Part shown: positions 50,800-60,404 of the stretch, piece after piece
How positions within the stretch are numbered: position 1 is the stretch's first letter
How the letters are laid out: each line of letters opens with the position of its first letter
Source of the DNA: Fibrobacterales bacterium
Lineage (GTDB): Bacteria; Fibrobacterota; Fibrobacteria; Fibrobacterales; JAOPTW01
Assembly: GCA_051532035.1 (NCBI GenBank)
Contig: JAOPTW010000006.1
Span: forward strand, 1 to 64,000
Reading direction: 5' to 3'
Length of the DNA: 64,000 nt
Translations under genes and position numbers: made by a program
Notes under the pieces: model-generated
Databases searched by the model: none
What the model saw: the letters and a program-made list of their open reading frames with translations, nothing else
What the model was told of the DNA's origin: nothing

Positions 50800-51423
50800 T
50801 TGTTCAGAAGCAAACAAATAATTATGCTCTGTTTGGTCGTTGCAACTTCACTTTCTGCAACATCATTAGATGATTCTACATCGTATGCCGATAGCGGGTC
50901 AAATGATATATCCATTGGTTTTTTAAGTTTTCTGACGTTCGCAAATCAGACTAATGACAAAAGTATTACCTTCCTTAACTTCCAATATAGTCGTAAAATT
51001 ACTCCACCTATCCACCTCTATTTTGAATTGTATTTAATGAAAGGTGAAATCGCCTATACCGATCCATTAAAAAATAGACTCATCGACAAATTTGGCGTCA
51101 TTGTACTTCAAACAGGAATCTATTATTACCCATTTTCTAATACACCTGTGGTAAAAAATCTTTGGCTTAAGTCTGGTATTGGTATATCAAATGTAGATTT
51201 AGAATCGGGTGAATTAGAGTCGCACAAATTGAGACGTTGCTTTTTTATTGGACCAGGATACCGAGCTGTATTTGCCGACTTTTTTATTTTAAATATTGGC
51301 ATTACCTTTAACCCCTTCCCCGTCCATATCACAAACACCCTTGAGAACCGCCAACAAGGGGCCACCCAAGGGTATGGCCTTGAATGGTTCTATCCTGATC
51401 TCAGTTTTGGATTTCGTTTTTAG
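50800..51423 (+). CDS. Outer membrane beta-barrel protein
   Basis: Signal peptide, alternating beta strands, C-terminal DLSFGFRF beta-signal. Confidence 0.7.
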   Translation: MFRSKQIIMLCLVVATSLSATSLDDSTSYADSGSNDISIGFLSFLTFANQTNDKSITFLNFQYSRKITPPIHLYFELYLMKGEIAYTDPLKNRLIDKFGVIVLQTGIYYYPFSNTPVVKNLWLKSGIGISNVDLESGELESHKLRRCFFIGPGYRAVFADFFILNIGITFNPFPVHITNTLENRQQGATQGYGLEWFYPDLSFGFRF

Positions 51424-51484
51424 CAAAAAAAATACCATGACTATTGTCACGGCATTTTTTCATACACTATTTATTACATCACTA

Positions 51485-53794
51485 CTATGGCGTAGTTGCA
51501 GAGTCAATACGTATATCCACACTATCACTGGTAGAGCTCGACACTTGTTGTTCAAGTATCTCTACTGCCTTTAAAGAGTCCTGAATAGCTTTTAACTGTA
51601 GAGTATCAAGCTCTAATGTATCCCGGCCTCCATATCTATAGAGATTTATATTCTTCTCAAAATTCACTTTTCCATCACGTTTTTCAAGATCATCCAAATC
51701 TCTTTGTAGATCAACGCCAAAGTCTTCAGGATTTTGAATGTAGGGAGTGATATAGATAACCAATTCTGTGGTCTCCTCTGCCTCCATCTTATGAGAAAAG
51801 AGAGAACCGAGAAAAGGAATTGAGCCTAGAAAAGGGAGGTAATCATTTGAAATTGTCTTCTTTGACTGAATCAAACCTCCAAGCATAATAGTCTGCTTAT
51901 TAAGGAGTGTCACCGTTGTCTCAAGGCTTCTCGTACTGATATCCGGCGTCCCACTCCCAGACCCACCTGTTGATGTTTTAATCTGAGGACTGATATCAAG
52001 AGTAATTTGGCCCCCATTAGTCACAAAAGGAGTAATGGAGAGAGTAATACCATCGTTAAATGCTTTATAGTCATTATTTACAACGCCACTCGTTGCATTA
52101 GTTGATGAAACTTCACGAAAGGTGGTATTCGTTACTTTGATAGATGCTTTATTACCATTAAGCGTGGTAATTTTGGGCATTGCCAAAACCTTAGCCTTTT
52201 GATCATTCTCTTTTGCCATGAGTTGATAATAAAACTTTGAGTTTAAGAACCCAATCCCCATAGTTGCATCGCCAAGGTCTTTAATGGATACTTTATTTTG
52301 GTTCAGAGGGTTGCCCTCTTTTGCAAAATCAAGCATACCATACAGTCCTGGAATGCTATCAGATGCTCCTGCACGGGACGGTTTAATTCCAAATTCTTCG
52401 CCATTGCCCCGTTTGTACTCGACAATCACGCACTCAAGCAGCACCTGAGGAATAGGAACATCCACAATATCGAGATATTTTTTAACACTCTCAATTTCAC
52501 TGGTTGTCCCCATTATGAGTATGGCATTGTGCTCTTTAATAATGGTAATATTGGTCTTTGAAATTGACTTAGGGAGTATCTTGGTTATATTCTCCGATTT
52601 CAAATGTTTCAGAGAATACATCTCATAGGAGGTGAGAATTTTTCCTGCAGGTGTTTTAGGGTCTTTGGATCCAACTAACAGCGTTCCTTGCTCAGTTATT
52701 AAATAGGTATATTTTGAACCTTTCAGAAGCATTGAGATTGCTTCTGCCAGTGGTAGTTTTTTGAGACTTGCATTGATCGACTCTCTGATGTTACCAAAAA
52801 AGACTATGTTAATCTCTGATTCAGAAGCGATAGTTTTAAGAACATCTGCAAGATCTGCATTTTCTAGGCTTACCGAGACACTGTCATCAACAACATCAAT
52901 TTCAAGGCGACTTCCACCTGCATTTGGCAGTCCTCCACTTGGAGCACGTCCTCGTTTGCCCTCTACAGCCCCACCACTCACGATGTAAAAACCATTTCTC
53001 TTCCGCACCTTATAATTATGAGCAGTCATAAGCGCTTTAAAACCTTCGAGAGGCAGTTGATTTTTCCAGCTCCCAGTAACTTTCCCTTCGAGGTCCTTAC
53101 CAGCTAAAATATTGAGGCCCGTCTTTTTAGTAAACGTCTTAATGAATTTTTTAATACTCTGATTCTGAACATCGAGATCCATCTTTTTTCGTTTCATCTT
53201 GAGAAGTTCAATAGTCACTTCTGTCGCATTCGAAATGCGATAAATCGACCCTTCCCGAAGCAACTCCAAATTATTCGCACGACAAATTGCCGACAACCCC
53301 TCTACTACACCGACATCCTCGAGGTGAATAGAGACTTGAACCGAAACATCATTATCAATAATTATGCTGTATCCATAGGCAATAGAGATAGTCCGAGCAA
53401 CTTCACGGATATCACTATCAACAAAATCAATAGTCATCACATCAACATCTTCTTGAACAGCTCCTTTCTTTAAAAGAGTTGTGGGGTCATTTTTTGTAAT
53501 GCCTCTCGAAATAGATTTATTAACCCGTACACTATTCGCAGGAACGGCACTCTTTTTTCTTCCTGACCCATGAGGATATGTTGGCTTACGCACCGAAGAG
53601 GTTGATCGTGAAGGAGCTATCGCTCCACCATTTTGACTACGTTTTGCCTGTAACCGTTTACGATAAAGTTTTTGCACCTCTTGAGGTGAAAGAGTCTTAA
53701 GCTCCTCTTCAGTAAAAAGTTCACGAACGCCTTGAGAAAAACCCAGGGTACAAGCAAGAGCCAAGCAGATTACAACAACCTTAAAATTTACCAT
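51485..53794 (-). CDS. Secretin (GspD/PilQ family)
   Basis: QVLLECVIVE, PKITTLNG, GITLSITP, MLGGLI, PFLGSIPFLGSLF and TELVIYITP motifs. Start at MVNFK (53794). Confidence 0.93.
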   Translation of the reverse strand: MVNFKVVVICLALACTLGFSQGVRELFTEEELKTLSPQEVQKLYRKRLQAKRSQNGGAIAPSRSTSSVRKPTYPHGSGRKKSAVPANSVRVNKSISRGITKNDPTTLLKKGAVQEDVDVMTIDFVDSDIREVARTISIAYGYSIIIDNDVSVQVSIHLEDVGVVEGLSAICRANNLELLREGSIYRISNATEVTIELLKMKRKKMDLDVQNQSIKKFIKTFTKKTGLNILAGKDLEGKVTGSWKNQLPLEGFKALMTAHNYKVRKRNGFYIVSGGAVEGKRGRAPSGGLPNAGGSRLEIDVVDDSVSVSLENADLADVLKTIASESEINIVFFGNIRESINASLKKLPLAEAISMLLKGSKYTYLITEQGTLLVGSKDPKTPAGKILTSYEMYSLKHLKSENITKILPKSISKTNITIIKEHNAILIMGTTSEIESVKKYLDIVDVPIPQVLLECVIVEYKRGNGEEFGIKPSRAGASDSIPGLYGMLDFAKEGNPLNQNKVSIKDLGDATMGIGFLNSKFYYQLMAKENDQKAKVLAMPKITTLNGNKASIKVTNTTFREVSSTNATSGVVNNDYKAFNDGITLSITPFVTNGGQITLDISPQIKTSTGGSGSGTPDISTRSLETTVTLLNKQTIMLGGLIQSKKTISNDYLPFLGSIPFLGSLFSHKMEAEETTELVIYITPYIQNPEDFGVDLQRDLDDLEKRDGKVNFEKNINLYRYGGRDTLELDTLQLKAIQDSLKAVEILEQQVSSSTSDSVDIRIDSATTP

Positions 53795-53923
53795 GTAATA
53801 CTCATTAGTAGAGAGATGTATTTTCAGTGAAAATGTACCAAAAATACCGTCAAATATCACGTAAATGGTTGAATTTTAAGAGGTTATGGCGGGTATTTTA
53901 CAGCAAATATACACGAGCCCCTC

Positions 53924-55387
53924 TTAACGAAGAAGGACTCGTTCAATTTCTGAAATAGAGGTGAGGTTTTGTTTCAGTTTACTGAGCCCATCTTCAATCA
54001 TAGAGTCATAGGATGCTCGTTTTCTAATATCGACCTCACTGGCCGTTTCCGAAATAATGTCCTTAATCTCTTGAGTAATTTCGAGCAATTCAAATACTGC
54101 TAATCGTCCACTATACCCTGTGTGATCACATCGTTCGCACCCTACCGCCTGCGGTACTTCTGCCGGAACATTGGGCACTACTGATTTGATATACTCAGAG
54201 CTCTCAATCATGGCATAACAGTGAGGGCACAGTTTACGGACAAGTCGTTGTGCAAGTACACACAATACTGAACTTCCAATTAAAAAAGATGGGATATTAA
54301 GGTCGACCAAACGAGTTATTGCAGATATAGAATCGTTTGTATGGAGGGTAGAAAGTACCAAGTGCCCCGTTTGCGCTGCTTGAACTGCAATCTGAGCTGT
54401 TTCGGTATCACGAATCTCGCCCAGAAGAATCACGTCAGGGTCTTGACGAAGGAGTGACCTGAGCACTGACGAAAATGTGAGCCCCGCCTTTTCATTTACC
54501 TGTACCTGATTCGCACCTTTGAGGTGATACTCAATAGGGTCTTCAATAGTGGTAATATTAATTTCTTTATTAATAACATGTTGCAGACCAGCAAATAAGG
54601 TCGATGATTTACCAGACCCCGTTGGACCTGTTACAAAAATCATTCCTTGGGGGCGAGTAAAAAAGAACTGTAACCGTTCAAGAACATAGTCGGACATTCC
54701 CAAGTTTTCGAGCTGCTTGAGGGTATCCATATACTTGAGAATCCTAAGCACTATCTTCTCACCAAACTTAGTGGGGAGTGAACTGACCCGCATATCGATC
54801 TCTTCACCATGATAATTCCATTTAATTCGACCATCCTGAGGAAGCCGTTTCTCTGAAATATCGAGTTCTGCCAAAATTTTTAGACGTGAAATGAGTGCGG
54901 CTCTTACCCAACTCGGAAGCTCTAAACTTTTACGGAGCATCCCATCTTTTCTAAACCGTACGACCACTTCATTTTCAAGAGATTCAATATGTATGTCAGT
55001 GGCACCCTGCTCGATACCCTGATTAATAAGGTTATTTGCGAGATTGATTACTGGTTGTGATTGACTATGTTTTTTAATTTCATCAATATCACTACTCTCA
55101 TCGTCAAAATTGATCTCTGCCTCATCAAGATTTTGCAGTAAAGAGTCGTTTGAGGTACTCTTTGATTTTGAGTCAGAAAGAAGGTCATCAATTTCGCTCT
55201 CTTCAGTGAGTTTAGGACGAACAATATGACCGGTCTTAAAATAGACCGCAGAAAATAGAAGTTCATCAAACTCATTTATAACGGCAAGGTCAATGAATGA
55301 ATCCTCAAACTTTAAAGGATAACATTTATGCTCTCTACAAAATTTTAGCCCCAGTGAGGCAACGATACTTTTTTTCTCTTCACTCAT
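53924..55387 (-). CDS. GspE/PilB assembly ATPase
   Basis: ATDIHIE, RLPQDGR, GPTGSGKS, TIEDPIE, LRQDPD, STLHTN and CPHC/CERC zinc motif. Start at MSEEK (55387). Confidence 0.96.
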   Translation of the reverse strand: MSEEKKSIVASLGLKFCREHKCYPLKFEDSFIDLAVINEFDELLFSAVYFKTGHIVRPKLTEESEIDDLLSDSKSKSTSNDSLLQNLDEAEINFDDESSDIDEIKKHSQSQPVINLANNLINQGIEQGATDIHIESLENEVVVRFRKDGMLRKSLELPSWVRAALISRLKILAELDISEKRLPQDGRIKWNYHGEEIDMRVSSLPTKFGEKIVLRILKYMDTLKQLENLGMSDYVLERLQFFFTRPQGMIFVTGPTGSGKSSTLFAGLQHVINKEINITTIEDPIEYHLKGANQVQVNEKAGLTFSSVLRSLLRQDPDVILLGEIRDTETAQIAVQAAQTGHLVLSTLHTNDSISAITRLVDLNIPSFLIGSSVLCVLAQRLVRKLCPHCYAMIESSEYIKSVVPNVPAEVPQAVGCERCDHTGYSGRLAVFELLEITQEIKDIISETASEVDIRKRASYDSMIEDGLSKLKQNLTSISEIERVLLR

Positions 55388-55408
55388 ACATTCCAAAATA
55401 CAAATTAA

Positions 55409-56020
55409 TTACTCTATATCCAAATCAAGAGCCTCGATATCGATACGCTCCTGAATTTGATTACGGATAAAAAAACGGGATTCATACTTCCTATTTCGTG
55501 GGCCATAGGTAAACCGTACAAAAAGGGTGCGTACTTTATTGAGTTCACTCCCCTCAAGGAGGCCCGACATATCTTCATCTAACTCATCTTGAGTTATTAT
55601 TCCATCACCATCAGAATCCAGCTCAAAAATCTCTTCTCCATCGTGCTCTTCATCGAGATGTTTACCTTCAACGCCACAAGCGACTTCAGAAAGTGCACTA
55701 GGAAACAAAGGGCGATCATCATAAAAAATCATAGTGTCATTCCACGATAGCTTGTGCTGAAGCCCTCGTATATCCCGATAATAGATAACAGCTTCAGAAG
55801 CAACAATCACACCCTTACCATAGGCTATTGATTGTTCAACACTGCCCCACCGGCTCTCAATAGCTAAATGATAGTCCTGCGCTTCTTTTTTGCCTTTTGT
55901 CACTCCATAGGAACTCGTATACACACCATAGGCTAGGGTCATTAAAATAGAAATGACAACCATTGTTACCATTAACTCTATAATAGTAATACCGCTCTGT
56001 ACCTTGCGAGAACTATACAT
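55409..56020 (-). CDS. Minor (pseudo)pilin, GspJ/PilW-like, with EF-hand-like loops
   Basis: Class III signal QSG|ITIIELMV. Confidence 0.85.
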   Translation of the reverse strand: MYSSRKVQSGITIIELMVTMVVISILMTLAYGVYTSSYGVTKGKKEAQDYHLAIESRWGSVEQSIAYGKGVIVASEAVIYYRDIRGLQHKLSWNDTMIFYDDRPLFPSALSEVACGVEGKHLDEEHDGEEIFELDSDGDGIITQDELDEDMSGLLEGSELNKVRTLFVRFTYGPRNRKYESRFFIRNQIQERIDIEALDLDIE

Positions 56021-56490
56021 TAGTTGTCCCTCACCACTTCAACATTCATGATAAGACGCAAATCACCCTCTTCAATGTAGTCAAGGTCAACATCTTCTAA
56101 GGCCTCTTCAAAATCGCTTTCTTCTGGTTCATACCGATAAACCCCATACCGTATCTCTTTGGGCCGCTTATAGAGTCGATCAACATCATCCATCTCCCAT
56201 GTATAGAGATCTGCCATACTATCTATTGCGACAGTATCAACAACCTGTTGCCGAAGTATCAGTTTGTGAGTCGTATCAACAACCCATAGCGAATCAACCA
56301 GCGGTAGATCTGGATTCGCTAACACATACTCTACTCTATTGTGCAGATGAGAAAATGCTATCAACTGACCGTATGAACGGTGCTCCATCACAGCACTATT
56401 AACAAATATTACATTAACACCAGCAAGACCAATACTAAGAAGTGCTATTGCTACTAAGACTTCAACGAGAGTGAATCCTTTATTCATCAT
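56020..56490 (-). CDS. Minor (pseudo)pilin, GspI/PilV-like
   Basis: Class III signal NKG|FTLVEVLVA; GAGGAG RBS before MMNK. Confidence 0.88.
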   Translation of the reverse strand: MMNKGFTLVEVLVAIALLSIGLAGVNVIFVNSAVMEHRSYGQLIAFSHLHNRVEYVLANPDLPLVDSLWVVDTTHKLILRQQVVDTVAIDSMADLYTWEMDDVDRLYKRPKEIRYGVYRYEPEESDFEEALEDVDLDYIEEGDLRLIMNVEVVRDN

Positions 56491-57964
56491 ACTCCTCTTC
56501 ATCCGTATCAGAGTCTGTATTACCAATGCTCACCGCATCAACTTCACCATCTTTTATCCACTGAGCCATCACAAAGTTACTCTGGTCTCCCTTAAATTTC
56601 ATGTCTATGGGTTGATAAAAGGTACCAAGGGTGAGGCGATCTATCGTTCCATTTCCAAAACAGTGCATCTGACCATCACAAGACATACTTTTTGCTACAA
56701 CACTTCCAACCACATCGGTACTGTTCTCAACAAAACCTTTTGCAAAGACAACCCCTGTAACCTGAGCGCCCTGGCTGAGAAAAATATTTCCTGCAGGTTC
56801 GGAAATATTTCGACCGTTTGCCGTACTGATGAGCATTCCGTGTGCTGTTGCACCTTCTGTAACATAGAGTGACCCCATGCCCTGACCAGCCTCAACAACA
56901 GTACCCGCGGTCATTACAACAGAATTATTTATAACAGCTGCACTATCATTGAGCACTACATCACCCTCAGCCATTACGAGCCCTTGAATATGAGTTGTAT
57001 CATTCAACTCAATACGCTCTTTTGAATAGAGGGTTACATTTGATCCTCGTACTCCTTCAGAGAGTACAATAGAGCCCGATGCAACCAATGTAATATTCGA
57101 AAGATCAATCATGCCTTCTACTGTTGCCGTTCCCTCGACAAAAATATGAGTAACAGTCTGAGGCTTCACCACGCCATCATCACCGACGTCAATGGTAAGA
57201 TCACCTTCTGGGATGATTATTTTTTTAAGACCTTTAAAGTCCTCCAAACGAGAATAGCTGGTAGGCGAACCAAAAATATCTTCATTGTCACCCAATGCTT
57301 CATTAAATGCTCTTTTATAATACATGAGCTTTGAACCAGCATAACCCAACACCCCCTTTGTAATACGACCTACTTTTGTTGCATTGGCTTTATGGTCACC
57401 ATCTACATTTTTACCCATACTTGCATAAGCGCCTTCGACCGATGATTCTGAATAATCCTGTAACGCTGTATCACCAGTAATGATAAGTGCATGATCAAAG
57501 TAAGAACTCAACTCATTTCCATAGTGGATCGTAAGAGATACGGATACTCCTTCATATTCTGCAGTGGTACTATAGCGCAACCACATACCTACAGTATCTG
57601 ACGCTACTTCGGGTAACACCTCTTTACTACTGACTAAAATACGGTGCATATCAGTGCCAATATTGGCCAGAGAAGTATCAGGAGCATACCCCTTGGTACC
57701 GACAACAATACTGTCTCCATCTAAAGTATCTACAACAGGTTTTGCTTCGGAGTCATCGTATTTTTGTAAAACAATGGCACTCTCTGCCATCATCAATGCT
57801 TTATACTTGCGATACTTAGGAAGCCAAGGGCTCGCCATAAGAGAACTCTTAAGTAACGAGACACTTAAGATAGTAATGATTGAAATTATAAGAAGTACTG
57901 CAGGGATTGCGCTCCCACGCTGATATTCTATCGATAAACTCTGACAACGCTCGAGCGGTTGCAT
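56480..57964 (-). CDS. Large minor (pseudo)pilin, GspK/PilX-like, with beta-helix-like C-terminal region
   Basis: QRG|SAIPAVLLII lacking Glu5, A..MAESAI motif, repetitive G-x-V/I strands. Confidence 0.75.
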   Translation of the reverse strand: MQPLERCQSLSIEYQRGSAIPAVLLIISIITILSVSLLKSSLMASPWLPKYRKYKALMMAESAIVLQKYDDSEAKPVVDTLDGDSIVVGTKGYAPDTSLANIGTDMHRILVSSKEVLPEVASDTVGMWLRYSTTAEYEGVSVSLTIHYGNELSSYFDHALIITGDTALQDYSESSVEGAYASMGKNVDGDHKANATKVGRITKGVLGYAGSKLMYYKRAFNEALGDNEDIFGSPTSYSRLEDFKGLKKIIIPEGDLTIDVGDDGVVKPQTVTHIFVEGTATVEGMIDLSNITLVASGSIVLSEGVRGSNVTLYSKERIELNDTTHIQGLVMAEGDVVLNDSAAVINNSVVMTAGTVVEAGQGMGSLYVTEGATAHGMLISTANGRNISEPAGNIFLSQGAQVTGVVFAKGFVENSTDVVGSVVAKSMSCDGQMHCFGNGTIDRLTLGTFYQPIDMKFKGDQSNFVMAQWIKDGEVDAVSIGNTDSDTDEEEYDE

Positions 57965-57966
57965 AG

Positions 57967-58428
57967 TTATTTCAATGAAAGAGTAAAGGTACCAGCGGGC
58001 CCTTTAAAGGATGCCGTTGTCCCTGTTATACTCTCTAAGGTAGCGCCTTCAAGGGAATCACCAATTTTTAAGACTGAAACGCGGCCATCACGGTCTGTTA
58101 CCGTAGCCGCTCTATTTGCAACCATACCAGTAATGGTGTAATCTCGAAGTGCTGATGGTTCAATTGTAGACTTTTCTACTTTATTAGAACGTTTTTTACG
58201 ACCCTTGCTACCGCCCCTCCCACTAAAGGGATTACGATATTTAGCAACTGCTTTTGTATTTTTATTTTTCAGAGAAGCCACATAGTCAGTCCAAGTGTCA
58301 ATATCGACCTTTGTATAGACCGGTGCCGTAGCTTTACCAGTTAGTGCATGTAAATTAGGAAAACTCAGCTTTTTTATGGCTAACACTAAACAAATCACAA
58401 TTATCAGATAACTCAATTTCCTATTCAT
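57967..58428 (-). CDS. PilP/GspC-like assembly protein
   Basis: N-terminal TM, RNPF motif, ITGMV...A.V....LKIGD beta domain. Confidence 0.65.
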   Translation of the reverse strand: MNRKLSYLIIVICLVLAIKKLSFPNLHALTGKATAPVYTKVDIDTWTDYVASLKNKNTKAVAKYRNPFSGRGGSKGRKKRSNKVEKSTIEPSALRDYTITGMVANRAATVTDRDGRVSVLKIGDSLEGATLESITGTTASFKGPAGTFTLSLK

Positions 58429-58430
58429 AA

Positions 58431-58967
58431 CTACTTCTTTAAATACTCAATGTGCATTCCAGAGATGGCATACTTCCCCTTCTTCTTTTTAATTGAGAAT
58501 CGAGTAACCACCGAGAGTGGTCGCTTCGTCTCTATAGCATAGAGATACCGAATAAAATATCGATAAGATCCTGTCAATGAAAGAGAAACCACATGGTGAT
58601 TACTCCCTTCTACTGGTTTACTACTTTCTTTGACTTTTTGTACGGTAAGTCCTATTTTTTCTGCAAGCTTTCGAAAGCCCTTTTCAGAATAGCCTGGAAC
58701 ACTATCACCGACAACACGACCATCGAGTAGGGTGTACGCCTCATCCAATATAATGATTTGACTATCGAGTGTGTTAATCTGTTGAGTGAACCACTCTTCA
58801 GAGAATGTCTGTGCAGAAAGGGTTGCAATCTCTTTTCTTGTCTGCTCTACATTTTGAAGCATGGGATAAAAAATAAATTGGTACGAGAGAAGGAGCAGTG
58901 CAATAGGGAGTACTATTTTTGCGAGAAACCACTGCTCTTCGGCCCAGAATGCTTTTAAATCACTCAT
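58431..58967 (-). CDS. PilO/GspM-like assembly protein
   Basis: TM, coiled coil and LSLTGSYRYFIRYLYAIE motif. Confidence 0.75.
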   Translation of the reverse strand: MSDLKAFWAEEQWFLAKIVLPIALLLLSYQFIFYPMLQNVEQTRKEIATLSAQTFSEEWFTQQINTLDSQIIILDEAYTLLDGRVVGDSVPGYSEKGFRKLAEKIGLTVQKVKESSKPVEGSNHHVVSLSLTGSYRYFIRYLYAIETKRPLSVVTRFSIKKKKGKYAISGMHIEYLKK

Positions 58968-60244
58968 TATTTGACCTCCAAAATAACTTGTGCAGAAACG
59001 GGCCCTTTAGAAGTCTTCTTTTTACTACCAATTGCGCTCAATACAAATATTTCGCTGGCAGAAACTTTCTCTTCAAACCGCGTTAATGCATCCCATGAAG
59101 GAACAAAAAGTTGAAACTTGATCTCTCTTCTATCACCTTGAGTAATCGTTTTTATAGAGCGCACTTTCCCTCTTCTGGGGATCATACGTGACATAGAGTT
59201 GAGATACCCGCTCCATGCAATAGGTTGTAGTACTCGTTTTTTTCGATCACTAATTTTTGTCAGCAATTCATTAACTTTTGTTTGTGTCGAATCGAGTCGA
59301 GAAACTTGAGCGGTGTAGACCTCTGACTGTTGCAAGAGAATTGCTTTTTCCCCATCAAGACTATTCTGTACAATAATAAGTGCACCACACATCACGCCCA
59401 CAATGAGTACAATCACTTGTATAGCAGAAATGAGTGTCATACTATTCCGAGAATTAATTGCAGCTCTTTTTTCAGAGTCAGTTTGAATATTGAGTTGACT
59501 CGCAAAGTCGGACTGTGCTAATTTTGATAGCCCATCAGTTACCAACTCTTCTACAGTTTTTGCCGCAGGGCGACGTATTTCAACTTCACTGAGTGAAACA
59601 TCAGGGAGCATATCCTGAAATATATAACATTTCCAAGGACCATGACTTTTGTGGAAGGCGTCATTTTTCAAAAACAGTACGAGACGATCGAGTCGTTGAG
59701 AAACATGCTCATCCGAAACATAGGGCTCTTTTACAAAATAAGAGAGCGCACCTCCAGTATAAACCGCTACAAGGAGCGCATTGTCAAATGCAATTGCCAC
59801 AATGCAATCACCCTCTCCTTCAGCCATAAACTCTTCACCAATACCGACACTAAATAATTCAATCGGTAAGCTTACATCTTGAAACGAGAGTGGAGCACCC
59901 TTGTGTTCACTTGCATGAACCACTAGGATTCGATGGTGAGTCCCGGCATTCGAATCGTGTGTCGAAATATAATAGGTTCTAAAAAGGTCAAATGTCTTTT
60001 CTGGAAAATTGCTTTTTAGATGATCTTCTATATGATATTCATCGAGAAACTCATTATATGGAGTAATAATTTCACATATGAGATATTCACATCCGTGAAC
60101 TGCGGTAACAACAGAGTGATAATGGCTTAAAAAAGAGTAGCCTGCCTTCTCTTTTGCTCGAGAAATATGCTTTAACCACCGACTATGTGTCGGTTCGCTG
60201 CATAAAGCATCGCTTACATATATGAGAGTATCTTTTGAAAACAT
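58967..60244 (-). CDS. GspL-like (PilM/PilN-equivalent) assembly protein
   Basis: About 270 aa cytoplasmic region, one TM, coiled coil, WSGYLNSMSRMIP PilN-like domain. Start at MFSKD (60244). Confidence 0.65.
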   Translation of the reverse strand: MFSKDTLIYVSDALCSEPTHSRWLKHISRAKEKAGYSFLSHYHSVVTAVHGCEYLICEIITPYNEFLDEYHIEDHLKSNFPEKTFDLFRTYYISTHDSNAGTHHRILVVHASEHKGAPLSFQDVSLPIELFSVGIGEEFMAEGEGDCIVAIAFDNALLVAVYTGGALSYFVKEPYVSDEHVSQRLDRLVLFLKNDAFHKSHGPWKCYIFQDMLPDVSLSEVEIRRPAAKTVEELVTDGLSKLAQSDFASQLNIQTDSEKRAAINSRNSMTLISAIQVIVLIVGVMCGALIIVQNSLDGEKAILLQQSEVYTAQVSRLDSTQTKVNELLTKISDRKKRVLQPIAWSGYLNSMSRMIPRRGKVRSIKTITQGDRREIKFQLFVPSWDALTRFEEKVSASEIFVLSAIGSKKKTSKGPVSAQVILEVK

Positions 60245-60404
60245 ATGGTTCCTGAGACAAAAATACAAATAAATGTCCATTTAAGAGTAGATTAATAGCG
60301 TCCTTAAATGAGTTATTGCAGGATACTCTTTTATAATTCAACCCTCACTCCTCAAAGATAATAGTATCTTTTGCTCAGTACGCTCAGTAAAGGCTCTTCA
60401 GCTC

